Below, one piece after another: positions 10,831-24,324 of a stretch of 64,000 nt of DNA. Positions within the stretch are counted from its first letter, which is position 1. Each line of letters begins with the position of its first letter. This DNA is from Octopus bimaculoides (lineage: Eukaryota). A model generated the notes under the pieces. That model searched no databases. It worked only from the letters and a program-made list of their open reading frames with translations, and was not told the DNA's origin. Both the position numbers and the translations under genes were made by a program. Where the stretch lies: assembly GCF_001194135.2 (NCBI RefSeq), contig NC_068990.1, forward strand, positions 93,921,288 to 93,985,287, written 5' to 3'.

Positions 10831-12644
10831 GACAATGACGATCACTATTACTATTGTAGTTAACTATTTCAGAATCTGTGATTGTTCCCTTGTCTTCACA
10901 TCATAACAGCTGTCAGGAGCCTCACTGTCACATAAGCTATGTTCTTCATTTCCAGTCTTCGATGGAAAAAAAAAAGAGAGGAAAAACGTCAGGGATGGGG
11001 GAATATTACCTTGCTTAGAAACGGGTGTGAACTGGTGGCATTCAGCAGTAGAAAATCTATCTTCCTCAATGAATTCCATCTGACCGAAGCAGGAAAAGTG
11101 GATGAGAATGTAGTACCTTAACTGATAACCCTAGATACAGAGTTTACTCAGTAATAAAGCATAGAAGTTGCACATCTATAAACTAAATACAACCCATCAG
11201 GTTGGAAGATACTAACAAACTCAGGCTAGGAGTTTATTAGAGGGGCTTATACACAGGTAACAAATCTCTAAATATGTCCAGGATGTGTGATACAGAAAAT
11301 ATTTTATGTAGCATTTGTTAACAATATAAAGATTGCAACATAAAGTAAATTTAGAAATAAACAATTTCTCATGCACTACTTACTGAATCTCAAATTGATG
11401 TGAGGAACCCAAATGAAAATACAGTGGTAACAGTGATGCAAATTAAGGAGAAGGTCCTTTTTGTTAAGGTTTATCATCAATGAATTTTGAATGTTTCTGA
11501 GCTCCACGAGGTTCTCCAATAGATGCCTGCATCCCATTCTCAACATATAAAACTAAATTGCATTCTTTACAGGAGGCATTCATTTGCTTTTTAGGTCTCC
11601 AGCCTTATTGATATTGAAGTGTTGAATGTAGAGGCCATACAACTAAATCCTGCAAGGTGATTAATTAGGTGGGTGGCACCACTAGTTCTTACCAATTCTT
11701 CATTATTACAATCTCTTGATATTAAACACAAATTCTAATAATGAATTAACCACATCTAGAAGAGGCATTCAAGAAATCTAGCACAACCAAAATTGATAGA
11801 CTAAAAGGTGATGGGGGGACAACTGCACGAAATGTAAAGTTAAAAAGGAAGACAGAGATAATAGAAACTAGAATGGGAAACATCAGGGAATAGGAGAGAG
11901 AGAGAGAGAGAGAGATAATGAGAGGAAGTGGAAAGAGAGAGAGAGAGAGAAAGAAAGAATAACAAATATTTGAGCAATAGAGAAATAACAAATATAAACA
12001 ACAATGAAAACCAAAATGCTGCAAACTCTTTTCTAGATACATACATGTGTTAATTGCGAAGGCATTAGTATTAATGAGAGCCAGTCTAACAACGATGAGC
12101 AGGGGACAAAAAAGAAAAAAAAACTGAAATCAGCATTGCATCTAGAATTAGTTAAGAAGCATAAATAGGCAAGTTCAGAACTTCATTAGATGTAATTAGA
12201 CAGGTGTGGTGGTAGTGGGGAATAAAGAAGGTGAGGGAGGGGGGAGGGGGGCAGTAGAAGTCAAACATGGAAGCTTGACAACAAGAAGGAGCAGAGGTCA
12301 GTGAAAGTGAAGCAAGGTTTTTGAATGCAAAACTAACAGCCTCGAGATCCAGCACCGAAGAAAGAAAACGACAGAAAGGGAAGTGAAAAGTGGTTTAGTT
12401 TTGAAGAAGAAGTCATAAAATTGGAACAGAAAGAAAAAAAAAATAAATATAAACAAAAGGTGGTCATAATTTTTGTGTCTTTATTGTATTTGTTTCTTTA
12501 TAAGAATTTCCATCTCAAAAAATATTTAATACACAAGAGTTGTTTCTTAATAACAGATCCCTTTAACAAGTAGGTGGTGGTGGTGGTGGAGATAGAGTGC
12601 ACGAGAGCTTTTTTTTTTAGTTGAAAAGACAAATGTTCTATCAG

Positions 12645-12645
<1 letters not shown>

Positions 12646-12695
<50 letters not shown>

Positions 12696-12742
12696 TATAT
12701 ACACATCTATATACACAGGTATGTGCAAATATGAATATATAT

Positions 12743-12773
<31 letters not shown>

Positions 12774-12953
12774 CACATATATATATATACACATCTATAT
12801 ACACATACACTGGTATGTGCAAATATGAGCATATATATATATATATTTATATATATATACACACACACATCTATATACACATATACACAGGTATGTGCAA
12901 ATATGAGCATATATATACACACAAGTATGTGCATATATACATAAAGTGTGTGC

Positions 12954-12999
<46 letters not shown>

Positions 13000-13009
13000 N
13001 NNNNNNNNN

Positions 13010-13045
<36 letters not shown>
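12646..13045. repeat. Compound (TA)n microsatellite and minisatellite with a 10-N gap
   Basis: Three near-copies of acacatctatatacac..ggtatgtgcaaatatga embedded in TA runs. Confidence 0.9.
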
Positions 13046-13049
<4 letters not shown>

Positions 13050-13097
13050 TCTCCACTAAGTGAAAAAAAATAGGTGATTATTGTGTTCTCTATCTAC

Positions 13098-13184
13098 CTG
13101 GGCTATTTTTACTTCGGTTTCCTCATCAACGTTCTCCATATGACTCTTGCTGCCAGCTCGTTGTAACACAGCCTGTCGTATGTG
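13098..13184 (-). CDS. HDAC4: Class IIa HDAC exon: HIRQAVLQRAGSKSHMENVDEETEVKIAQ
   Basis: Acceptor tttccag| and donor |GTAGAT, 87 nt, phase 0 to 0. DEETE echoes the human HPEETEEEL acidic stretch. Confidence 0.88.
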
Positions 13185-13358
13185 CTGGAAATTTGAAGAA
13201 AATGAAATAAGACACTAACCGACAACCTCAGAAGCAGCATCAGGAGGAACAATATGGCCAACACCTACAAGTGGACTGGCATTTTACTAAAACCAGCTTT
13301 TGAAAGTTTTTTTCTCTTTTTTTTTTGTATAATCCCCCCCAAAAAATGCTCCATTATA

Positions 13359-13399
<41 letters not shown>

Positions 13400-13729
13400 A
13401 TATATATATATATAAAAAAATAGAAATTTGACTAATATCTGTTGTTGCTGCTGATGATGATGATGCTATTGTTGCATTAGTTATTAATGGTGATGATAAT
13501 AATTAAGGATTTTGATTATAAGAAAAAAAAATGTTGCAGTTGTTGCTGAAGACTTCTTTAATAAATCTGTAGATTTCTACAGAAGATATATTTAGAAATT
13601 AAGGCATTCATGTTTCTTTTAAGGGAATTCTGTGTCAGAAGTGAAGTGGTCCCAGATTGGGATTGAAACCAGACCTAACTCAGTCGCTGTATAAACTTCC
13701 TTCAACAAAATACTGTCCACCAACAATAA

Positions 13730-13952
13730 CAATAGTTTCTGATTTAGATGTAAGATCAATAAATTTGGAGTTGGGAGGGGTGGTCATTAATAATGTCAAC
13801 CTCAATATTTGACCAGGCCTGGTAGAAGACAAGCAAAGTTGATCCCTCTAAGATTTGAACTCAGAACATAAAGAGTGGGAATATTGCAAGCTATCTCATT
13901 GAATGCTCAAATGCATTGGATGAGATAACTTACAGGATTCTGNNNNNNNNNN

Positions 13953-13998
<46 letters not shown>

Positions 13999-14720
13999 TG
14001 ATGATGATGACAACAACAACAATGCTCTCAAATTTTGGCATAAGGTCAGCAATTTCGGAGAAGCATGTATAGTTGATTAGACTGCCCCCACCCCCAGTAT
14101 GTAACTGGTACTTATTTTGTTGACCTTGAAAGGATGAAAGGCAATGTCAACTACAGCAGGATTTGAACCCAGAACAAAGAACTGGAAGAGATGCTGCTAC
14201 GCATTTTACCCTGCGTAGCAACAATACTGCCTGCTTGCCATGATGTTGTTGTTGTTGCTGCTGATGATGATGTTTCCTTGTGTGGAAATTGTTCCTTGGC
14301 ACAAGGAGCCCAAACTGCAACCAAAGGGGCCAAAGGATTTTCATATTGAGATATATATACTGTAACCTGCAGGAAAAGTGAACGGGTGCCATTCTGCGAG
14401 AGAACCTTTAGAAAGATTCTTGAGATTTAAGGAGATTTTATTGTCACCAATCGTCAGAATAACATTCCTGGTAATTGTATTAGCATGTAATAGCTTTTAA
14501 ATAATAATAATGGTTTCAAATTTTGGCACAAGGCCAGTTATTTCAGGTGGGGAGCAGGTAAGCTGGTTACATTGACCCCAGCACTTAACATAATAATTTC
14601 ATCAACTCTAAAAAGGTGAAAAGCAAAGTCGACCTTGACAGGATTTGAACTCAGAATGTAAAGAACTGGAAAAGATGCTGCCAAGTATTTAGCTTGATGT
14701 GATAAAGTTTCTGCCAGCTG
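13730..14720 (-). mobile_element. Three copies of SINE family B (about 13730-13920, 14025-14230, 14510-14720)
   Basis: Reverse complement of the family B core (ggatgaaaggcaaagtc...atttgaactcagaa). Confidence 0.78.
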
Positions 14721-15014
14721 CCCCCACCCCCACCCGCTGCCCTCACAGAGTGGGGTCCAACAAAGAAATATATACTTTATATTAACATTAAACGTAGTTT
14801 AACATTCTTGTCTATCATAGTCCTTTATCTTACATTTTACTTGTTTGACTGTGGTCATGCTGGGGCACTGCCTTGAAAGGATTTAGTAAGCCTTTTTCTA
14901 TCTCTCTCTTTTGCCAAATCGCTAAGTTACAGGAATGTAAACACACCAACACCGGTGATAGGGGACAAATACACACAGACACAACCACACATATATACAA
15001 TGATATATATATAT

Positions 15015-15165
15015 ATGACAGGCTTCTTTCAGTTTGTGTTTACCAAATCCACTCCTGAGGTTATAGTAGAAGACACTTGCCCAAGGTACCACACAGTGGG
15101 ATTGAACCTGGAACTATGTGGTTGGGAAGCAAGCTTCTTACCACACAGCCAAACCTGCGCTCCTT
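15015..15165 (-). mobile_element. SINE family A copy; similar copies at about 2410-2585, 4605-4745, 26670-26830, 47120-47250 and 56720-56840 (-) and 58780-58925 (+)
   Basis: caggcttctttcagttt..accaaatccact..gaagacacttgcccaaggtaccacacagtgggattgaacc..gttgggaagcaagcttctta. Confidence 0.85.
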
Positions 15166-15774
15166 AACACACAACCTCATCAAAACTTCTTTACAGTTAA
15201 GAAAATATCCCAACAGTGGGAGGTGAAAACTGTATTTGTTTAAATGACAAGTGATTAAGAAGAAATATAACAAAAGATTTATAATTTAAGAACCAAAAAG
15301 ATTCCAAAAGCAATGAAAAAATTCCCACCAGATGCCAGCAATTAATGATCAAAAGCTTATTGTTGGTTCAAAAGACAGACAGACCTAAGTGCAATTTGTT
15401 TCAATGTTTTAAAACCAAGTCGAAAGCAAAAACCTAAAGAACTCAATTCTGAAAATGGTAAACAAAATAACTTTGAAACTAACCTCATACACAGAAACTG
15501 GCAACTTTTGTAATTATAGAAACTGTGAAATTTAGTGAAGAGCAAAACAAATATTAACACAACCATAATGGAAGTCTACAATCAAATGGAACATAGATAC
15601 GTTTAAGAAAACCAATAATCCAAACACCGAATCCAAGCAAAAAAAGCTATGAACTAAAATACTGCAACAAGTGTTTAACATTTTTTCTGACAAAACAAAA
15701 CGTTGTCAAACCTAATATTTATACAGCGCTAAACATTGGTAAAATGCAAGTTGAAACATTAGTTGACAAGTTCC

Positions 15775-15854
<80 letters not shown>

Positions 15855-16679
15855 TAAAATAAACATAGTAGTCACAAACTGAAACAGAAAAGCTAGACAC
15901 AGAACTGGTAAGGAATCTTTCAAAAGATTAAATCAGCTGCCTTCACATGTCTAAAGAAAAGAAAAACCTCACAAAATTCCAAATATCTGGACAGAACCAA
16001 AATGCAGTTTGCATTAAGTATCTCACAAGTGCTTTCAATAATATCTTCATTTATGAACTGAAATACCAAGTCAACTTATTAAAGGTATAATTTATCTAAT
16101 TAAGAAAGGATAGAGGCAACATCAAAGCTCTAGAACTGTAAATTAAATAGCCGTGAGTCTGCCAACTGTTATCGAGATACTGAAATCATATCAAAACAAT
16201 GATAAGATGTCAAATCATAGGAAGATGGTTCGTCTGTGTTTGAGAACCAATTAAATGATAAAGAAAATAATGCTTTATAACACTTCTTCTTGGAGACAGA
16301 ACAGCTACTTTGAATGGAGAAAATGGCAAACAAACAAAAGTGAAACATTCATTTAATTCTAATAGAATGAACCAGAATTCTAACAGTAAACAATGTACAA
16401 ATAAGGGGAATGGTTTATTTTTAAAAATCTGGCTCTTACTACTTTTATTATTTCTGTCAAGTGCTAACCCCAAACTAAGGAAGTTATTAAAACCTGTTGG
16501 GCCCTTTTTATGGAACAACAACAACCCTAAAAGTCACAAAACAAATCATTGTATTTTACAGCATGGAAGAAGCACTTTTGTTTGTGAAAAAAAAACTTCC
16601 TCGAAAATAACCCTGCATCTTCCACGATGCTAGTTGAGAAATTGTTGCTGTAGTTTTTTTAGGGTTAACTGAAATCAGC

Positions 16680-17390
16680 CCCTTACAAAGACTTATTTCA
16701 CTACTTACCAACTGCAAGTATTTTCTATGTTATTAAACATTTGATTAAACTAAAAATATTCCTATAAACACATTGACAGAGCCAAATTGTGCTGTTGCTG
16801 TGCTGCTTGCTTATTAATAGCAGTGGTGCAGTAGTGCCCTCTATTGAGAAATTGCTAAAGGTTGGTTTTTCATCTCAACGAACAGGAATTCCTTTTGTTT
16901 CTTCACACTCAAACATCTGGAACATTGTGCATTTGTTGCCAGGCTTTCACTTGTATCACAAACCACTTTCAGTTCTGGTTAGCAATCTTCATGGTATGGC
17001 ACAGGAATAACTGCAGTTGTTCTATCCTTGCAAACCACCTCAGAATATGATGTTTTATATTGATGATGTAAAATTATATGGTAATGTCTAAGAAGTGACA
17101 CAGTTCTTCTATAGAGTCCAGGCCACTTCTTTAGTAAGGATATTTACATGTAATGTAATGCCCAAGAGATGTACAAAAATCAATTTATCCAACTTGTCAA
17201 GAATCAAAAGATTGTTGATAAATCTCTGACATGAACAGTCATCCTCTATAAATTAATAATAAAAAAAAAATATTTGCTAGAACTTGATGGATTAGAACAG
17301 CTATAACTGTGCAATGGACTGTAAAATAATGAAATGTGCAACCATCCATGAAATGCACCGTCCGAAAGCAAATAACTGCCCAAATGAATG
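16680..17390 (+). mobile_element. Heavily decayed R4/NeSL-like non-LTR RT fragment
   Basis: Frameshifted motifs in the correct order: RLISLLTN, KPLSVL, MFYIDDVKLYG (17053-17082), KRCTKINL, HEMHRPKAN. Confidence 0.55.
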
Positions 17391-17873
17391 AGTGAAAGCA
17401 AAAATGGATGATCTAAATAGAAATAGATTTAACAGTTCAATAATCCAGATAATTCTCATTATGATAAAAAAAAAAAAATCTTTCGTAACAATGAATCTGA
17501 AGTAAGGAATATAATTTGAAAGACTGTCAGGGGTTGAGATTATTTCAAAGTCAACACATCTTGCAGCTCATTACAAAATAACAATAGAGACAATATCACA
17601 GGCTAAACATCAATATCACACCAGAGGAACTCTTTTTCGTTTTAATTCCTATTTTGGTAAAGACTAACACCTTTTTTTTCACTTAATTTTTGGGAGCAGT
17701 TGGGTTCATTTTTAGTATTCCCGTTTGTGAGAGCAGTTGAGTTAATTTCAAATATACTCATTTTAAAAATCCTCCCTGGATAATCGCCGAGAGGACGTTG
17801 GCATTGCCTTGGCAGAGGTTTGCACTCCCTGAATGCTCGTCTTCTTCTTCTTATTATTATTATTATTATTGTT

Positions 17874-18752
17874 AAGGCAGCGAGTTGGCAGAATCACTAG
17901 CATGCCAGGCAAAATGCTTAGCAAGCATTTCATTCGTCTTTACGTTCTTGAGTTCAAATGCCACCAAGGTGAACTTTGCCTTTCGTCCTTTTTGGGGTCA
18001 ATAAAATAAATACCCGTTGAGCCCTGGGGTTGATGTAATTGATTAGTCCTCTCCAAATTTCAAGCCCTGTGCTGAAATTTGAAATCATTTTTTTTTTTTA
18101 GATTAGCAGAATCGATGATTAGAAGTATTGCAGGGCATTTTGTCCTAAGCTCTGATTTCTGCATTCTGAGTTCAAACTGTGGTGAGGTTGACTGCCTTTT
18201 ATTCTTCGAGGGTCAATAAAATACATCTCCAGTTGGTGTTGCTGACAAACCCCTCTTTCAAATTTCAGTGCTTGTACCTATATTAGAAACAAATAAGGGT
18301 GGTAGACTGACAGACGCATTAGAGCATTATACAAAATACCTTGTGGTGTTTGTTCCAGCTCTTTACATTCGGAGTTCAATTCCAGCCAGAGTCAACTTAA
18401 CTTTATTGACCCAAGAAGAATTAAAGGTAAAATACCAGTTAAATACTGGAGTTGGTATAATTGACTAACCCTCTAGACCAAAATTTGAATGCATTATCAT
18501 TATTATTATTATTATTATTATTATTACGCTGGACAAAATGCTTAGCAGCATTTCATCCATTTTTATGTTCTGAGTTCAAATTCTTCTTATTATTATTCTG
18601 AGTTCATATTCTGCTGAGGTTGATTTTGCCTTCCATTCTCTCTGGGTCAATAAAATAAGTACCAGTTAAACGCTGAGGTTGATATAATCGACTAGCCCCC
18701 TCCTCCCAAATTTCAGGCCTTGTGCTTATAGTAGAAAGGATTATTATTATTA
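17874..18752 (+). mobile_element. Four head-to-tail copies of tRNA-headed SINE family B
   Basis: Each copy has a GGCAGAA head, a GAGTTCAAAT B-box-like motif and a TTTGCCTTTCATCC..TCAATAAAATAAGTACCAGTT-type core; the later copies end in (ATT)n tails. Confidence 0.8.
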
Positions 18753-18997
18753 ATATTTCCCATACCATTATTTCTGACAAGGAAACAAGTCTCATATATA
18801 AGGAATATGTAATCTGAAGAGTCTAACAGATATTCTTTCTGATTGGATTGGTCTGGAGGAAAGGTTTGTACGCAGAGGTTTTGCAGGCCAACTGACCACT
18901 GCTCACAAGAATTGGTACGATTTAATATTCCTCTCTTACTTTGTTGCAAGTCAACAGTTGCAATAGAAAAAAAAAAAGTACACATTCATGCACGTGT

Positions 18998-19028
<31 letters not shown>

Positions 19029-20052
19029 CACACATCTGTGCATGTGTATGTTTTTGGTGTATATAATGCAGAGTCAAGTACTACAACAGCAATATTGGTC
19101 AGAGGAGTTGGAGATTGTTTAACAAGATTCAATGTTAGCAAATTTTTAGGGACATGCAAGTAAGTTAACCTTTAGGAAAACTCAACTGATTTTTTTTTTT
19201 TTAATTCTAAAACAAAGTAGCAGGCACAATACTGCAACAGAGCCAGTTTTGCAAAACACTAAAAAAAAAAGACAAAAAATAAAAACAAAATTCTTGGAAC
19301 AGGAAATAAAAAAGCAGCTTTTCTGTAACATGCTAATCCAACAGCATCAATGAAATAAATTACACACAAATCTAAATACAGGTATGCACACACACGCGCA
19401 CACACACACACTGCTTCATGCTTTTGACCATGCAAGTAAATTTAGAGTTGAAAAATAACACACAATAAGTGAAACAATAAATGCCATGCTCACAAGGATC
19501 TTAAATATATTTCAAAAAATGAATAAAAACAGAAATGTAATTGAAATGAAAGCTGTAAAACTAAATGTCATAATAACTTCATTAAAAAAGATATATTAAA
19601 ATAGAATAAATGAAACAAACCTAAACTGTCTTGGCCAAAGGTACAACAACAACAATAAACATTGATGAGCATTGACTTGACAAGATACAACCAATTAGAA
19701 ATGTTGTCAACACAGACACAAAATGTACGGTGGAAGGTGTACAGACATACATCAAGTAAACAACACACGGCAGGTTTTTGCTAAGGCTTCAGTTTTTCTA
19801 GAGTCCAACAGAGAAGCTGGTTCAATTCTATCTGCTTACAGTTAGAAATATAGATATATATGTAGAGGTCTTGAGAAAGATATAACTAAATCGTTTATTG
19901 GTGTATTTTGAAGAGAGTAGAGCTTGTAATATATTGGGTCAACACAGGATGGAACACAGTCTGAAGACCACCAACATTGTTTAGGTCCTAAAACATTCAG
20001 CCTTTTAACCCCTCTAAAAAGTTTTAACTCCCTATATTGCAAGCCATATATA

Positions 20053-20269
20053 CATGGGGGTGCTGAAAAGTTTCTGACTTTAAGAGTATCGCAAAAGGCC
20101 TAGTTGGAGGCACAACATTCCAAGTTCTTTTATAGAATTTAGAAAAATTGAAGGACCACTGCAATACGTGTGTGAATCTGAGAGGGGAACATATTGTATA
20201 AAATCATAATTAACTGATCCTCCTGTATTTTCTTTTATCCAAAGCCAGGAACTTTCCAACAACCCCTCG
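20053..20269 (+). mobile_element. Mariner-derived MITE, about 217 bp, copy 1
   Basis: TA|CATGGGGGTGCTGAAAAGTTTCTGACTTT ... AAAGCCAGGAACTTTCCAACAACCCCTCG|TA: imperfect TIRs of about 29 bp with TA flanks. The interior keeps a degraded transposase C-terminus (..CVNLRGEHIV*). Confidence 0.85.
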
Positions 20270-22173
20270 TAGCTGTATTCACTACAAGATACACCTTTAA
20301 ATGACTTAGATCTAAGTTTTATTTCTCCCAACAATCTACTATGCAGAGAAACAAAATGTCTTGGAATTTAAAATTAAAACTAAGGTGCCTAATTTCAAAC
20401 CCCAAATTGCTAAGTGGTTATTTGCAGAGACCAAACAAGACAGCCTAACATATACTGTTAACATAACCACTGTCCAGAAACAAAAACATACTCAACTGCA
20501 TACACCTCACCATACATTGCACCAACAGAAGAAGAATATCAAAATCTATTTAATTTATTTGTATAATTAATTATCAAGATTTCCCAGGTTGAAAAGTTAC
20601 CATAACATGTTAGGCATGCACTAGACCGTTTTCAATTTATAATTTCTAGTTAAATACATCACAGGTCTGAGTTTAAATGCTACTTGTCTTAATCTTGCCT
20701 TTCAATCTTCCAGGATCAATAAGAGACCAACAATATACTGTCATCTAAAAACTGAAGACTTCCAACTTCATTTTTGGTAACTAAAGGTCTGGGACAATGC
20801 AAAATTAGCTGTTTGGCATATTCATTTCATTTGCAATAGTGGACAACTTAAAAATAAATGACTTCACTGGATCCAAAGAATAAATGGAATCTTCTGTGAA
20901 TATGAACTGAACTGAAAATAAAAGTTCAATCCATTTCCTCCAAGACTCTGCTTTCAGGCAAGAATATATTTTCTAAACAAGATGTATATTAATGACAAAG
21001 ATACATTAAGCATTAACCTTTAGTCACTTTCAGTCCAATACCCAAAAGTAAATGTTCTGCAGAAAATCACATGTTTCTGGGAAATTCCATTCGAACATAG
21101 GGAAGTGATATTGGTTGGCAGCCCAAAAGATAAAGAAACAACTATAACAAAACAATCTCTCTAAAAATAATATTGGTTAGCAATATTTTGTGCTTGTCAT
21201 CTCATAAAATAATCTTAAAACTGTAGATAAAGAAAGATGATCTAATGATGGGGAAAAATTTTAAACAGAATAAACCAAATATCTTTTAACACTTAGAAAT
21301 AGTAAATATCCAGTAAGGTCTTCAATTGGATTCAGATCAAACAATTTTAAGATTTCAAAAAAATTTATAACAATTTCTGTTTTTAATAAACATTGCTTAT
21401 TACTAAATCTATTAATGTGAACAATTGCTCATCTAAAATCAATTACCCAGATATCTGAAAATTAAAACTTTTAATAAATGAGATAAATACTTTAAACAAA
21501 TTTTTTAAATGCAGGTGGGGGTGTTAGGCAAAATATGTCAGGGTATGTCAACGAATGAAAACAAAGTGAAAAGATAGTGTATTACTTTACACAGGTTGCT
21601 TAATGATTTTATAATATTTTGGAAAAAGATTCTCCTTTTCAAATAGAAGAAAATAATCAAACAATTTTGAAATATGTTGCTATTGACAAGCTATTCTAGT
21701 GTGACACTAAATTTTCTTTTCATATCTATCTGAACTTCTCTCTTACCTATTCTCTTCTATTTAAAATATTTCTGAAATACTTTCAAATACTAGAATATTG
21801 TAATTTATTTCTTAAATAATCTGTATAACACTTAAACATTAAAATAAAACAGATTCATGCATGAAAAATTTTACTGACAACAAAAAAGAAACAAAACAAA
21901 CTAAGAACACTACTAGGTACTAGTGAAGGGGGGTGGGTTGACAAGGAATACTACAAAACTGAACCTGGGGTAATAAAACACAACTACAAGTGTTCATCTG
22001 CAGGAATGGGAATAACTAACAAAGTTTAAACTAACAAGTGGGGTCCACCAACACACAAACTAGAACACCAAACAAAAAGCAAACACATATGAAACAATAC
22101 ACTGTATTATATACACACACACATACACATCACACACAAATGTACCTACACACACACACACATATATATATAT

Positions 22174-22224
<51 letters not shown>

Positions 22225-22565
22225 CACAGATGCTCACAAATACATTTGTGTATTAAGCAGTTCTTTATTTAAGCAAGCATCTGAAAAATCTAAACAAATG
22301 TACATGTGAAGTATTCTTCCTTGTCATTTGTTTTACTGTCGGCCAATGAACTCACTTCCTTATTAAGCTTTGATGATATCTACTGAACTTGAGATAACTT
22401 GATTATTACTGATATTTAAGTTCCTTTATTGTTACACATTTATTCTCAACTTGCTTCAATAAATAGTCTTTAAAGTGAAATATGTATTGTCTGTTGTCAT
22501 GTTTAAGAAGGGGAATGTGAAAGGTTGTGACATTATGTTTTTATATATATATATATATATATATA

Positions 22566-22680
22566 TCATCATCATCATCATCATCGTTTAACGTCCGCTT
22601 TCCATGCTAGCATGGGTTGGACGATTTGACTGAGGACTGGTGAAACCGGATGGCAACACCAGGCTCATCAAATTTGTTTC
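22566..22680 (-). repeat. RTE-type 3' tail; related tails at about 2695-2870, 24560-24600, 46195-46230 (-) and 59340-59540 (+)
   Basis: (CAT)n followed by gtttaacgtccgctttccatgctagcatgggttggacg, the reverse complement of the tail seen at 59490-59540. Confidence 0.75.
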
Positions 22681-22835
22681 TTGTGAAGGTGTTTAATTTA
22701 AGTGAAGAAATATTAGAGTAGTCTGCATCAAAGTCATAATTGTAAATAAATCTTGCTTACCATTAATGAAGATTTATAGAATATGATTCCTACTTACTGT
22801 TAACATATTAAAGCAAATTTCAGATACAAGAAGGT

Positions 22836-22898
<63 letters not shown>

Positions 22899-24324
22899 AG
22901 TATTGGACTAATCAATTTTACAGAAAATTCCATTTAAAGACAGTAGAAATGGATTTAGTTAATCTATAATTTTCTCACATCATTCCGATCTCTTCAAATT
23001 ACTTAAGACACCTGTCATTTGCAATAATTCTTACATTTTAGCAGTTTGAAGAGCTAACCCACAAACAAACATATGTATAGGAATCATTTTGGCTCTTTNN
23101 NNNNNNNNNNNNNNNNNNNNNNNNNNNNNNNNNNNNNNNNNNNNNNNNNNNNNNNNNNNNNNNNNNNNNNNNNNNNNNNNNNNNNNNNNNNNNNNNNNNN
23201 NNNNNNNNNNNNNNNNNNNNNNNNNNNNNNNNNNNNNNNNNNNNNNNNNNNNNNNNNNNNNNNNNNNNNNNNNNNNNNNNNNNNNNNNNNNNNNNNNNNN
23301 NNNNNNNNNNNNNNNNNNNNNNNNNNNNNNNNGTAAAAAGAAAAGAAAACCCATTAGATATTAAAAAGAAATCCTATTTCAAATTTCAGAATAAATATGA
23401 ACAAATTCACATACAAATATTCATATGGACAGACATAACAATTTGTTTTTTCTAAAGAAATAAATATAAATATATAAGAAAAATACAACACTATCAATGA
23501 AAAAAAAAATCAAATAAATTAGCAAAACAAAATAGAATGTGATTCAAATATGATAAAATAACATTTGAGGCCTTTCAACAGATATTAATTTTAGAAAACC
23601 AAAACCTTAAATAACCATGAAGCAGAAGTTACTGAATGAAAAATATAATTAATTAACTATTTTGATAAGCAGCTTCTCCCTTTCCGCCATGGTGGACAAG
23701 TGAATGTTGAAATGTCATACAGTTGGGAATGAACAAATAAAATTTGTAAAGCTTTCATGTACATAAAGTAGTCCTGTCACAAGTGATTTGAAAGTCAATG
23801 TTTAGCTCAAGTTTCTGTGCTATGAAACAAGATGGATGCTTCTTTCATAAGCATCTTTTCCAGAAAGATGCTGCTGTCTTTAAGTAATCTAAGGCAAGTG
23901 GGATTAAATGCTGTGTTCAGTGACATAACAAAGCTACAATAAATTTATGAGCCAACAGCCTGTCCTATACATTAGCTGCATGACTATTGAAACAAATATA
24001 AATTATTCACATTTAAAAGGTGAAGTTTGTTTACTTTCAGAGTGGTTCTACCTGTTAAGCAATTGTCTAAAGTCAAATTGAATGAAATATGAACAGACTA
24101 TCATATTAGAAAGAACGTGACCCAGTGTGCTACGAGACTCAACTATATGAAATACATTGCTCAGGTTGTTGTTTAATGTACTCTAAAGACTCCTATTCTT
24201 TTTACAGTAATGTACTTTTTGCAGTACTCTATATATATTCAGCTCTTTCAAACCATAAGTTAGCTCAAGCAATGCTGATTGGATACAGTTGAAAACAATA
24301 ACCTACAACACTCTTTTCTTTTCT

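Noticed and set aside
12547-13063. Many YI/CV/HT/RE/SL-repeat ORFs here and throughout the window
   Set aside because: Translations of (TA)n, (CA)n and (GA)n microsatellites.
17874-18752. Regularly spaced repeats as a CRISPR-like array
   Set aside because: Units are diverged SINEs of about 200 nt in a eukaryotic intron, with no short identical repeats, unique spacers or cas genes.
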